Part shown: in pieces, positions 34,400 to 43,867 of the stretch
Position numbering within the stretch: position 1 is the first letter of the stretch
Layout of the letters: each line of letters begins with the position of its first letter
Assembly: GCA_963817915.1 (NCBI GenBank)
Contig: CAWFQL010000006.1
Span: 32,001 to 96,000 of the forward strand
DNA length: 64,000 nt
Source: an uncultured candidate division Zixibacteria bacterium
GTDB lineage: Bacteria; Zixibacteria; MSB-5A5; UBA10806
Direction of reading: 5' to 3'
Translations under genes and position numbers: made by a program
Notes under the pieces: model-generated
What the model was told of the DNA's origin: nothing
Databases searched by the model: none
What the model saw: the letters and a program-made list of their open reading frames with translations, nothing else

Positions 34400-35122
34400 T
34401 CAGAACCTGTATCCAATCCCGAATCGCATTGAGGTGCCGCCAATAGTAATTTTTATTCGATCTCGAACGGTATATAGGTCACCGCCCCATGGAGCAGGTT
34501 GAACCGTATATTTTATCTGCCAGTTTGCCGATACTCTGGTAAATTTAATATCTCCACTCAAAAATATTTTGGAAACCAAATTCCATTCGGCTCCGGCAAT
34601 TAAATGAGCCCCAATCGCCTTGTCCTCGTACGATTGGGCTGCCACTGGGTCAATGACCTGTAAAAAATCGCCATGGGGATCATTTTGCAAACTTTTGATA
34701 ATCCCGGTATTCCATTTTACCCAATAGATCCCTGCCCCGATTCCGATATAAGGCTCAATCTTCCCGATAAAATATTTGGAGTGGTAAATCGCGCTCAACT
34801 CAAAAGGAATAATTTTAAAAGTATTTAGTGATCGAGTATTATTCCATATTTCCGCCTGGAATTTATCTCTCCTGTATCCCGACTCTAATCGCATTTCTAT
34901 ATCAGAAAAATAATATCCAAGATAACCGCTGATATCATCTGTACTTCCCAAACCGTTCCAGTTTCCGAAAATAGATAGCTGATTATCGGCCTGGTCATTT
35001 TGCGGCATAAACATCCCGCCCTGCAAGCCGATTACGAAGCGGCTCGGGCCGGAAATCGCTAATGATGGCATAGACGCAATTATTGCCGCACAAATTAATA
35101 ATGATGCTATCCGTTTCATCAT
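34400..35122 (-). CDS. Outer-membrane beta-barrel paralog 4
   Basis: ATG 35122; GLQGGMFMP, PYIGIGAG, GGTSMRFGIGYRF. Confidence 0.85.
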   Translation of the reverse strand: MMKRIASLLICAAIIASMPSLAISGPSRFVIGLQGGMFMPQNDQADNQLSIFGNWNGLGSTDDISGYLGYYFSDIEMRLESGYRRDKFQAEIWNNTRSLNTFKIIPFELSAIYHSKYFIGKIEPYIGIGAGIYWVKWNTGIIKSLQNDPHGDFLQVIDPVAAQSYEDKAIGAHLIAGAEWNLVSKIFLSGDIKFTRVSANWQIKYTVQPAPWGGDLYTVRDRIKITIGGTSMRFGIGYRF

Positions 35123-35132
35123 ACCTCTTGAA

Positions 35133-35858
35133 TCAGAACCTGTATCCAATCCCGAATCGCATTGAGGTGCCGCCGAGACTGACTCGAATCGGCTTTCCGT
35201 AATCGTCTATTTTGCCATTATCGTCTTTGAAACTCCAGCTGCTCGAAATATAACTATACTTGATTTCGCCGCTGAAGTAAAGCCTCTGATTTACCGGAAC
35301 CTCGCATCCCGCTCTAATATGGACTCCCAATGGCTGGGAATTGCCTTTTACCTTTTGATTTATAAAGTCTTCAGCGTGCGGATATGAAGGATCGTTGATA
35401 TCCCCGTAATTTGGATTCGCATATGATAAATTATGTTGCCACGACGCAAAATTTATCCCGGTTCCGAATCCGAGATAAGGAATAATTTTGTTATTTGAAG
35501 TATTAAAGTGGCAAATAAGGCTGAGATCGATCGAAGTTACCTGAAGTCTATCCTTTCCATCACGCACAAATGAATTAAAATGAGAGTAATCAGATTTAGA
35601 ATTGGCCCATTTCTGAGCGGCCTCTAATCTTAATTCAAAATCGGAAATATTATAGCCAAGATAACCATCCAATTCATATGATCTACCGAAACCGCTCCAA
35701 TAATCCAGATAACCTGACATCCCTTGAATTGCCCAGTTCTTCGGCGAAAATAGACCACCTTGCAATCCGAATGTATAATTACCTGGCTTCGAATTCGCGA
35801 ATGAGGGAAGGATAATAACTATCGTCAAACAATATATTAATAATTTGCTTCTTTTCAT
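35133..35858 (-). CDS. Outer-membrane beta-barrel paralog 3
   Basis: ATG 35858; FGLQGGLFSP, PYLGFGTG, GGTSMRFGIGYRF. Confidence 0.85.
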   Translation of the reverse strand: MKRSKLLIYCLTIVIILPSFANSKPGNYTFGLQGGLFSPKNWAIQGMSGYLDYWSGFGRSYELDGYLGYNISDFELRLEAAQKWANSKSDYSHFNSFVRDGKDRLQVTSIDLSLICHFNTSNNKIIPYLGFGTGINFASWQHNLSYANPNYGDINDPSYPHAEDFINQKVKGNSQPLGVHIRAGCEVPVNQRLYFSGEIKYSYISSSWSFKDDNGKIDDYGKPIRVSLGGTSMRFGIGYRF

Positions 35859-35871
35859 TCCTTCTCCAATA

Positions 35872-36510
35872 TCAGAGCTTATACCCAATCCCAAATTTCA
35901 ATGATGTGCCGCCCAAGCCGAAAACTTTTCCGCCATCGTAGCTATGAGTGCTATCTCTGAATCTTATATAGCTATAACAAAGCTCGCCACTAAAAAATAA
36001 GCTCTTGTTCATGCTGATATCAAAACCACCCAAAATGTGGAAACCTTTCGGAAAATGCGATTTGGCCGCCGTCAAATTACGCCACATGTCCTGCTGATTT
36101 CCATCGGGAATAATTCCGCTGACGCCCAATCCTAAATAGGGGACCCATTTTGGATTCATCATTCGAAAATGATAAATTGCGCTTAAATTCAATGTAATTA
36201 ATTGATAATGTCCTTCACCACTTAGGCGATACCCAAATTGGTTATAAAGCCTAACAAAGGTATCATCCTTTCTCAGGAATGCTGACGCCCTTACCTCTAT
36301 GTCACTTTCCCTGCATCCAAAATATAGTCCATACTCATAAGTGCCGCTGAAATCTTGCCCAAGATTGGAATAATCTGACGCGGCCCAATTCGGCGGAGCA
36401 AAAAAGCCGCCTTGAACTCCAAATGTGAACGATCGATCCCCGGCGATTACAGTCGAAGCAAGGAATAAAATCGGAAACAAAAGCCAATATATCGGTTTGA
36501 CTAATTTCAT
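35872..36510 (-). CDS. Outer-membrane beta-barrel paralog 2
   Basis: FGVQGGFFAP, PYLGLG, GGTSLKFGIGYKL. Confidence 0.85.
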   Translation of the reverse strand: MKLVKPIYWLLFPILFLASTVIAGDRSFTFGVQGGFFAPPNWAASDYSNLGQDFSGTYEYGLYFGCRESDIEVRASAFLRKDDTFVRLYNQFGYRLSGEGHYQLITLNLSAIYHFRMMNPKWVPYLGLGVSGIIPDGNQQDMWRNLTAAKSHFPKGFHILGGFDISMNKSLFFSGELCYSYIRFRDSTHSYDGGKVFGLGGTSLKFGIGYKL

Positions 36511-36523
36511 TTATTTTCCCTTC

Positions 36524-37198
36524 TCAGAATCTTCGTCCAATCCCGATTTTCAGAGATGTGCCTCCCAGGCTGACATTATCCAATTTTTTCAATATGGAGC
36601 CGGATGAATATCGAGAATTGAATTTCCAGGTAGTGGAAACATAGCTGTATTTGATTTCTCCATTTATAAATACATTGTCATTAATCGGAAATTCGATTCC
36701 TCCGAGAAAATGAATATCCAAGGGGTATGAAGTACTCTTTGTAGAATTATTATCATAATAATAATCGTGATATTTGGGCTTCCATTGAGCGAAATTGATA
36801 CCGGTTCCAATGCCTAAATAGGGGGCTACTTTCGAGTATTGATATTTTATATGATATATATAGCTAAAATCAAAAGAGACTACCAGAAGATCATTCCTAT
36901 CTATTTTAGGTCCCCATGGTATCTCTGTTGAGAAAATAGATCGACTCTGCCTCGTGCCAATTTCGAACCTTAATTCTGAATCGGAAAAATAATGGCCCAT
37001 ATACATTGCGAAATCGAAGGCGCTGGTATAGCCTGTCCAGACGCCAGGATATCTCAGCTCTCCCTGCATTGGCCAATTTTGAGGCATAAAAATTCCGGCC
37101 TGCAAACCGAAAGTATTTCGGTTATTATTTGCGCTGGCGCCAAATGTCAGCAATATCATGAGCGCGAGAGTCCCCGTTATAACCTTAAATGCCTTCAT
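36524..37198 (-). CDS. Outer-membrane beta-barrel paralog 1
   Basis: FGLQAGIFMP, PYLGIGTG, GGTSLKIGIGRRF. Confidence 0.85.
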   Translation of the reverse strand: MKAFKVITGTLALMILLTFGASANNNRNTFGLQAGIFMPQNWPMQGELRYPGVWTGYTSAFDFAMYMGHYFSDSELRFEIGTRQSRSIFSTEIPWGPKIDRNDLLVVSFDFSYIYHIKYQYSKVAPYLGIGTGINFAQWKPKYHDYYYDNNSTKSTSYPLDIHFLGGIEFPINDNVFINGEIKYSYVSTTWKFNSRYSSGSILKKLDNVSLGGTSLKIGIGRRF

Positions 37199-37379
37199 TT
37201 AATCTCCCCGCGAAATGGCATTGCCGGACAAGTTCACAGAATCATTTGCAAAATACAACTATGATAAAGATATGTTAATACGTAAAAGTATGTCAATAAT
37301 AATTTTCCGTTATGCGCCGGGAAAGGGTTCCCGACGCCGCGGGGAATACGTAAAAGTATGTCAATAATAATTTATGCAA

Positions 37380-37790
37380 TTGTCGTCATTGCGAACGACT
37401 GAAAGGAGCGAAGATTCCGTGTCAAGCACGGAATGACAAGCAGTTGTGGTGGCAGGTCTCCGAACCTGCCACACCATGGTAAAGTCGTCGGGTGCGGAGA
37501 CCCGACGACACTTTAATAATTTCTACAATTGTTGTCATTGCGAGCTACTGAATTTTAATTATGCGTCATTGCGAGGAGTTCGCCACGGCGAACGACGAAG
37601 CAATCTGTGGGTGGCTCTTTTCAGATTGCTTCGTCCGGCAGCTGCCGGACTCGCAATGGCCACTTTTTTTAGAGTGCGGTCGGGTCGCCTGACCCGACCG
37701 CTTAACTATGAAAAGTCGTCATGTCAAGCGACCTGACGACACTCCCGACAAAAAAAGTAGGGGTTTGATTAATCAAACCCCTACAAAAAA
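37380..37790. repeat. Mosaic cluster of REP-like palindromes (BIME-like)
   Basis: GTCATTGCGA elements, double-hairpin REP 37446-37511, GGTCGGGTCGCCTGACCCGACC, GTAGGGGTTTGATTAATCAAACCCCTAC. Confidence 0.8.
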
Positions 37791-37841
37791 TACTAGCTAA
37801 ATATTAATTGCGTGTCACAGCTTGCTGTGACCGCAATGCAT

Positions 37842-39131
37842 CTACGCCTTGGGCGCGTTGGCGGCTTGGGCCTTGAGCCATTTTGTCGTAACGGATTTTG
37901 GCCGTTCGATAGGCGCGCCGGTCGCGCGATCGACTATCAATTGAGCGCATAACCCCATCGCTCTCGAAACCGAGAACAACACGGTGTAATACGAGAACTC
38001 AGTCATGCCAAAATGATACAACAATCCGCCGGATGCCGCGTCAACATTCGGCCACGGGTCCTTGGCCTTGCCCTGTTCGCGAAGAACATCGGGAACAATA
38101 TTGAAGACCTTATCGACAATCTGGAAGATCGGATCATCCGCCATTACCTTCCTGCCGAATGCGCGGAAAGCATCGAATCTGGGATCTGTTATACGAAGCA
38201 CGGCGTGGCCGTAGCCCGGAATAACCTTGCCAGAGCTCAATGTATCCCACGCGAATTTGCGAAGCTCCTCGTCACTCGGTACACCTTTGAATTTCTCATG
38301 TACCATCAACACCCAGCCGAGACATTCCTGATTGGCCAATCCGTGCAATGGGCCCGCGAGACCGTTGAGGCCGGCGGAAACCGCGTAATACGGATCGGAT
38401 AAGGCGCTGCCGACGCAATGCGCCGTATGGGCGGAAACATTGCCGCTCTCGTGATCGCTATGCAAAACCATATACAATCTCATCAGGTTGGCGAAATTGC
38501 CGGTCTTATCTTTGATTCCCAGCATATGAGCATAATTGGCGGCCCAATCCAGATTCTTTTTGGGAGCGATTTTCGGACCTTTTTTGAATCTCATTCTATA
38601 GATGCCCGCCGCGATACCCGGTAATCTGGCCAACATATTGAGCGAATCCTCCAATGTCGGATTCCAATAATCGACCTTCTTCATGCCTTCATCGTATTTC
38701 TTGCGAAACGCCGATTCTTTTTCCATCACCAAAATAGCAGTGCTAAACATGACCATCGGGTGAGAATCCTTGGGCATCGCCGCCAAGACCTTCCATACAT
38801 AAGCAGGCACTTTGGCCCGTTTCTGGAATTCTTTTTGGATCGCCGCAGTCTCCGCCTTATCGGGAAGCTCGCCCGTGCAAAGCAGATAAAAAACCTCTTC
38901 GGGCAATTTATCGACTAACTGCGCCACCGGGATACCCCTTATCAAAAGACCCTTATCGGGCGGGACTTCCGAAGTATCGCAAACCAGCGATTTCACGCCT
39001 CTGGCGCCGCCGTATGCCGCACCCAGTGTGACATCGCCGATCTTCAATTCACCAAATTGCTTATTGAGTGTTGAAATTTCCTCTCTCCAAGCCGGAATTA
39101 GCGATGCTAATTTCTGCTCTAAACCTGCCAT
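37842..39131 (-). CDS. gltA: Citrate (Si)-synthase, eukaryote/Geobacter type
   Basis: HSDHESGNVSAHT, GLAGPLHGLANQE, PGYGHAVLRITDPR, WPNVDA, ERPKS. Confidence 0.93.
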   Translation of the reverse strand: MAGLEQKLASLIPAWREEISTLNKQFGELKIGDVTLGAAYGGARGVKSLVCDTSEVPPDKGLLIRGIPVAQLVDKLPEEVFYLLCTGELPDKAETAAIQKEFQKRAKVPAYVWKVLAAMPKDSHPMVMFSTAILVMEKESAFRKKYDEGMKKVDYWNPTLEDSLNMLARLPGIAAGIYRMRFKKGPKIAPKKNLDWAANYAHMLGIKDKTGNFANLMRLYMVLHSDHESGNVSAHTAHCVGSALSDPYYAVSAGLNGLAGPLHGLANQECLGWVLMVHEKFKGVPSDEELRKFAWDTLSSGKVIPGYGHAVLRITDPRFDAFRAFGRKVMADDPIFQIVDKVFNIVPDVLREQGKAKDPWPNVDAASGGLLYHFGMTEFSYYTVLFSVSRAMGLCAQLIVDRATGAPIERPKSVTTKWLKAQAANAPKA

Positions 39132-39349
39132 ATGGAATCTCCTCTCAAACTGATTATTGATTCTGAGACGGTGATGATTATCACCGTTTTATCGTTATTT
39201 GTTTCCACGCAATCCAAATCTAAATCCACTCATCGCTCCTAAACTAACGCGTACTGTTCGATACATATAATTATCATGGGATACGATGTCAATGAAAAAA
39301 GAAAATTAGAATAGTTGCTAATAAGGTAAAGAGATTTGGCCAAAAAGAG

Positions 39350-39525
39350 TGCAGTCGGGTCGCCTGACCCGACTGCTCAATTGGTAAAGTCGTCGGGTGG
39401 GGCCACCCGACGACACTTTATTATCTATTTGCGGGCAATGCTATTAATTGGGGGTAGGCCCGAACCCCTGCGGTTCGGGCTCTTCAAAGGCGGAACCATC
39501 CGCCCGCGGCGGATTCCGCTCTACA
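39350..39525. repeat. REP-like palindromes between gltA and the capsid module
   Basis: GCAGTCGGGTCGCCTGACCCGACTGC, GTCGTCGGGTGGGGCCACCCGACGAC, GTAGGCCCGAACC..GGTTCGGGC. Confidence 0.7.
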
Positions 39526-39531
39526 GCTATG

Positions 39532-39924
39532 CTATTGATTGGGCTTGGAGGCGGGAGCCATCGAAGTCTCCCCTGATTTTCTCGATACCGCCGCACGGGC
39601 TGCTCGGTCGGCGACCTCTTTGCCTACCCCGGTGATCTCGATAATCTTGTCAACAGCCCTATCGAGCCAGACCGACCAATGGGAATTGGGGAATTTCAGC
39701 TTGAAATAATCGGTGACATCATCGGCTATAACCAGAATATACTCAGCGACTTCCCTGTTTTGCTTGACCTGCAGTAACGGCAGGATTTCCTTCTTAATCA
39801 GAAATCCGAGATAGACCATTAAAATTGCCCCTAAAGCCGCCAGCGATTTTTCAGTCAATAGGCCGCCAAGCCATGAAAATATGCTGGCGTTCAAATGGGT
39901 CGGATAAAATGCGAATAAAAACAT
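39532..39924 (-). CDS. Holin-like membrane protein (N-terminal TM plus amphipathic helices)
   Basis: LAALGAILMVYLGFLIKK TM segment, helical tail ending ARAAV; last gene of the phage-like module; LL-H holin-like architecture is an inference. Confidence 0.5.
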   Translation of the reverse strand: MFLFAFYPTHLNASIFSWLGGLLTEKSLAALGAILMVYLGFLIKKEILPLLQVKQNREVAEYILVIADDVTDYFKLKFPNSHWSVWLDRAVDKIIEITGVGKEVADRAARAAVSRKSGETSMAPASKPNQ

Positions 39925-39948
39925 GATAAATCTCCTTATGGTTTGAAA

Positions 39949-41412
39949 TTATTGTAATTGCCAACTTGATAAATCTGGCACGGCCACTTTCGATTTGTAG
40001 ATCACTCCCGATGGATATTCGATCGTGAAGAGATATTTGGACGAGGTTTTAGAAAGTAGAGAATTGGGGATTAAATCGATTTGCCAGTAACCATGAATAT
40101 CTGTCTGGGTAGTTTTCTTGAATGGCGTGATTATAACATCATCGTATTTGACCGGCTGATATTCCGATGGTATCTCGACAGTTACAACGATATTTGCCAG
40201 GCTATCGCCAACTATATCATATACTCGGCCATAAACACGGCACAGGTTCGGCGATGGTGGATCGCCGGGATTGAAATCCGTAATCCAGAGGATATCAGTC
40301 CCTCCACCGCTAACAACGTTGATAGTATCCAGATCGGTTTGGATGTAATTATTTGCCCGCAATGCCACTACATAGCTGCCGGGATCGAGCTCGGTTATTA
40401 GCCGTCCATTTGAATCTGTCTGAAGGCCGGGCACCTTTGTGGAAGTCTGAGCGAGATTTCTGACAGTAACAGAAACGCCTTCAAGCGCGGTGGTATCATT
40501 ATCAAAAACATAAAGAGTCTCGGCCTCGCTTCCGCTGCCGCTAATTGAAAGCGCCGCGATATCATCCTTGATATTTTGGTTATCGCCGTTCCCACCGGCA
40601 TAGGCCCCAATTTTAGAATGCAGATCGATTGACGACCCTTTCCATCCGAGCGAAGCCATTATTGAGTCAACCCTGGATGTCAATGATGGCGGGATCGTGG
40701 CCGTGCCGCCGTGATTATCGAGCATGGTTTTGAAATTCGGCTTCACATCCAAGGAATCTAAGCTCGCTGAATCTGGATTCGACAAAACGGCGTTCCTGGC
40801 GTCGAATGTCAATTTGTCGGTTTTCGTTTTTATTGCTGTAAGATCTGAATTGGAATTGATGTTGACGTTGTTAATTACTCCGCCGACATTGCCGGTTGTC
40901 ATAAAGACCTGTGAGTCAGCAAGCGAATAACCAGATTTGTCATAAACATATTTCGATCTGAGATAAGACGCTCCGGTCGATCCGCTGTCCGATGTCGCCA
41001 GAAAATCCTCTATCGGATCGGAATTGACATAATAGCTGCCATAATGCATTTGATGGGTGTCGGTGCCGTTATTGTTATCTACCAATAACGCCCACCAGGT
41101 GTAAGCCCCAAGGTCGCCATTGGAATTTGACGCCTTAAGGCGATATTCAAACATCAATGTTCGTGGATAAGTTGAATTCAGATCATAGCCGGAAGCCCCC
41201 GTGAGCGTATCGATATTAAAATCGGTTCCGCCGTAAGCCTGAACAATATAGGCCGTATCCCATGTCGTATACTGCCGCCCAGAGCTGTCGATAAGGCAGA
41301 ATTGTATAACGAGGGTATCGTTTTTCTCGCCCGAGCCATTATCGAAAATAAGCCCTGCCCTGGCTGAACAAGCTGAAAGCCAGATTATAATTGTAATCAA
41401 TAATTTATTCAT
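39949..41412 (-). CDS. Signal-peptide protein with C-terminal transthyretin/carboxypeptidase-regulatory-like domains, virion-protein-like
   Basis: MNKLLITIIIWLSACSARA; QTDSNGR..LDPGSY and TQTDIHGYWQIDLIPN motifs. Confidence 0.6.
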   Translation of the reverse strand: MNKLLITIIIWLSACSARAGLIFDNGSGEKNDTLVIQFCLIDSSGRQYTTWDTAYIVQAYGGTDFNIDTLTGASGYDLNSTYPRTLMFEYRLKASNSNGDLGAYTWWALLVDNNNGTDTHQMHYGSYYVNSDPIEDFLATSDSGSTGASYLRSKYVYDKSGYSLADSQVFMTTGNVGGVINNVNINSNSDLTAIKTKTDKLTFDARNAVLSNPDSASLDSLDVKPNFKTMLDNHGGTATIPPSLTSRVDSIMASLGWKGSSIDLHSKIGAYAGGNGDNQNIKDDIAALSISGSGSEAETLYVFDNDTTALEGVSVTVRNLAQTSTKVPGLQTDSNGRLITELDPGSYVVALRANNYIQTDLDTINVVSGGGTDILWITDFNPGDPPSPNLCRVYGRVYDIVGDSLANIVVTVEIPSEYQPVKYDDVIITPFKKTTQTDIHGYWQIDLIPNSLLSKTSSKYLFTIEYPSGVIYKSKVAVPDLSSWQLQ

Positions 41413-42658
41413 TGAAATCTCCTATTACTAATTTCCTCCTTCTGAATCCTGAGCAAGTGGCAGATGAATATTTCATATAGATGCTATATTTCCTATTGCC
41501 CCCGGCGCCTGTGCCCATCGTAATATCGAAAGGAAGGGGGTCTGCAATATCTGTCTGGCTCGAGTCCGAGCCTGCGGTTCCGTTATCATAATAAAGATAA
41601 AGATTCAAATCTTTGGTGGAGCATTGGAGTGTGAGCCAGATTGTATCCTGACAAACCAGAGACTTACTAACCAATGAAAACCCCTGCCATGATGCCGATG
41701 TATTTGAAATAGTCCTCACCCCAGAACTGTCGGCAAAAGTCGCATTTACAGATCCGCCTTTATAGGCTGCGGCTGAAGCGCTGGGGTATGGAGTAGAGCT
41801 TGCCCGCACGTAAGCGAAAATCGAATCTGCGATAGCTGTCTCAGGCAGAATAAACCGGCTTGCCATTTTACCATCCGCCTTGAAGCTCTGAGAAGATGCG
41901 CCTGCTGATGTATAACCGACTGTAGGGTCGATCGTAACAGGAAAAACTGCCTGATTCAAAAAGCCGGCGGGGACATCAATGGAAAGGATGTTATTGGATA
42001 TTTTCAGATCGCACCAGGCGGAATTTCCAATTGAGTCGAATGCCTTCGGCCTGTAGATGTGAAAGGCTTTTGCATAAATCTTACGATCTTCTGAATTTGA
42101 GGTCGAATAGGCCGCATAACTCCCCACTACGCTATCGGGTCGATTGGCTCCACGAGCTATTTCGTATAGAGTCAGCGGCGGCTGATAAAATAATTCCATG
42201 TTGGACACATCAATTGGAAAATTAAATGAATTGCAGCCTGGGAGCGAATTTAAAACGATTTCCCATTCAAATTCGACAGATGATTTCCAATACCATCGAT
42301 AATAGCCGCCATTAAATTTCGAAATGATCGTGTCTAACGACACATTTAGCTGCTCCAATACTGAATTTAATGCGGGCAGAGTCTGTAGTGGCTTTGCAGT
42401 GAATTCGTGCGGCAATTTTATTTCGAAAAACGAATTATCCGGCCCATTGATGGAAAATAATTGCGGCGCCGATGATGATGCGTCATTGATTGATATGGAC
42501 ATTCCTTTTACTGAATCGCCATATGAATAACAATTTCTATCACCTTCAGATGTTTTTTGCCAATGATTGCTTAGCGGACTTTCCACACCTGCGTAAAGAT
42601 GTGCACTTCGAATGAGGATTAGGCTGACAACACCAATAACAAGTCTGTTTAATTGCAC
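41405..42658 (-). CDS. Signal-peptide protein with a phage-structural-like domain
   Basis: GTG 42658 with AAGGAG RBS (the track's longer N-terminus overlaps the next gene); FYQPPLT..RPDSVVGSYA..KAFHIYRPK..FPVTIDPT. Confidence 0.6.
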   Translation of the reverse strand: MQLNRLVIGVVSLILIRSAHLYAGVESPLSNHWQKTSEGDRNCYSYGDSVKGMSISINDASSSAPQLFSINGPDNSFFEIKLPHEFTAKPLQTLPALNSVLEQLNVSLDTIISKFNGGYYRWYWKSSVEFEWEIVLNSLPGCNSFNFPIDVSNMELFYQPPLTLYEIARGANRPDSVVGSYAAYSTSNSEDRKIYAKAFHIYRPKAFDSIGNSAWCDLKISNNILSIDVPAGFLNQAVFPVTIDPTVGYTSAGASSQSFKADGKMASRFILPETAIADSIFAYVRASSTPYPSASAAAYKGGSVNATFADSSGVRTISNTSASWQGFSLVSKSLVCQDTIWLTLQCSTKDLNLYLYYDNGTAGSDSSQTDIADPLPFDITMGTGAGGNRKYSIYMKYSSATCSGFRRRKLVIGDFNE

Positions 42659-42671
42659 GTTATTATCTCCT

Positions 42672-43496
42672 TCACGCGGAAGCCGGGCTATTGAATGATC
42701 CCAGGCGGCCGGCAAATTTGGAGAGGATATTGTACGCTTCTTTCTTGTACATGTCGGAGAGAGCGGTCCAGGATCGTGCCTCGTTGCCGCCATCGGTCTT
42801 GCCTCTCGATGGCGAAATAGATTCCATGGCGCGGATTCTGCAGATAATCGCGACCGACATGTAAGTCTCTGCGGTAACAAGCAGTCGGTCAGCCGATTCC
42901 CGATAAACCTCATCGATAAACGAGAGCACCTGATCATTGGCCTCGGCAATCGCGTTTTCAATAGAAGCATCATCAAGATTTCCATATTCGGTTGTGTAAT
43001 CGACCTGAACCCATTGGCCGGATTCTATCGCTCCGCCCGAACGGCGCTTAAGTGTTCCTGCCTGATATTCTATGTCATAATCGCTTCCGCGCTGGTAAAT
43101 TCGGTAGTTAAGATACCAGACGACTATCGATCCAGCCGCCGGAATTGAGCCTGATGCGATTCGCATAATCGTCCCCTGAATGTAGTCGATTTGAAAATCG
43201 ATATTTTCGATATAGATTTTCGAAAGAGAGCTATTATTGGCGGCGACCACCGTATTTGGAATAATCTGATTATGCGACAGCGCAACAGAATCGGATGAAG
43301 CAAAACTGATATTCTCTTCATTCGGTTCATTCTGCTCTCTGGCCTTGACTCGTTCAGATTCCGGCAAAATCATCCGCTTTTCCAGTTGGCTGGAGTCATT
43401 GGCATTCAATTGGATTTTTTCATCATAAATTTTGGCGGAACCGATATGATGGTCGAGGATATGTTTTTTGACTATTTCCTTGGTTGTAAATGGCAT
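42672..43496 (-). CDS. Putative head-tail adaptor/head-completion protein with inserted beta repeats
   Basis: MPFTT.E.V start; helical DDASIENAIAEA...YKKEAYNIL; two Y..G.DY.I.Y..G...R repeats; located after the capsid gene. Confidence 0.5.
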   Translation of the reverse strand: MPFTTKEIVKKHILDHHIGSAKIYDEKIQLNANDSSQLEKRMILPESERVKAREQNEPNEENISFASSDSVALSHNQIIPNTVVAANNSSLSKIYIENIDFQIDYIQGTIMRIASGSIPAAGSIVVWYLNYRIYQRGSDYDIEYQAGTLKRRSGGAIESGQWVQVDYTTEYGNLDDASIENAIAEANDQVLSFIDEVYRESADRLLVTAETYMSVAIICRIRAMESISPSRGKTDGGNEARSWTALSDMYKKEAYNILSKFAGRLGSFNSPASA

Positions 43497-43867
43497 CAGT
43501 TCATCTCCAATATTAAGAGGTCAACAAGCGAATTGGATGGTTCTTCTTTCTTGCGAGCGATACGGAATGAGGTAGGTCCGACAGCGCCGAGGATAAAAGC
43601 CCCGATCTGATTTTTGGGAATAATAATTACGAGGGGTTTATTGATTGTCGTTGGCAACTGATTGCCGCGATGGTCTAGCAGGTCGGCAAAATCAACGATT
43701 TGGGAATTGCCGCCGGAATATTCATGCATGAATACGACTCGATTCTCCCCAGATTTATATTCAGTCAGCATCAGGTCGCCATCGAGAGAACCGGCGTCAC
43801 CCCATACGGTATAGTCCCTGATCAACCATTTGCGGTTGCCGGTAAGATAGTCCAATGTTATATTCAT
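43496..43867 (-). CDS. Hypothetical beta-rich protein of the capsid module
   Basis: Translationally coupled on both sides. Confidence 0.7.
   Translation of the reverse strand: MNITLDYLTGNRKWLIRDYTVWGDAGSLDGDLMLTEYKSGENRVVFMHEYSGGNSQIVDFADLLDHRGNQLPTTINKPLVIIIPKNQIGAFILGAVGPTSFRIARKKEEPSNSLVDLLILEMN

Noticed and set aside
32232..37198. Integron cassette array or diversity-generating retroelement behind the barrel array
   Set aside because: Gaps between genes are only about 10-13 bp with no attC sites, no integrase or reverse transcriptase, and no adenine-specific TR/VR pair
42659..42985. Long N-terminal extension of ORF 41405..42985
   Set aside because: Overlaps the adaptor-like gene in another frame; RBS and signal peptide support GTG at 42658
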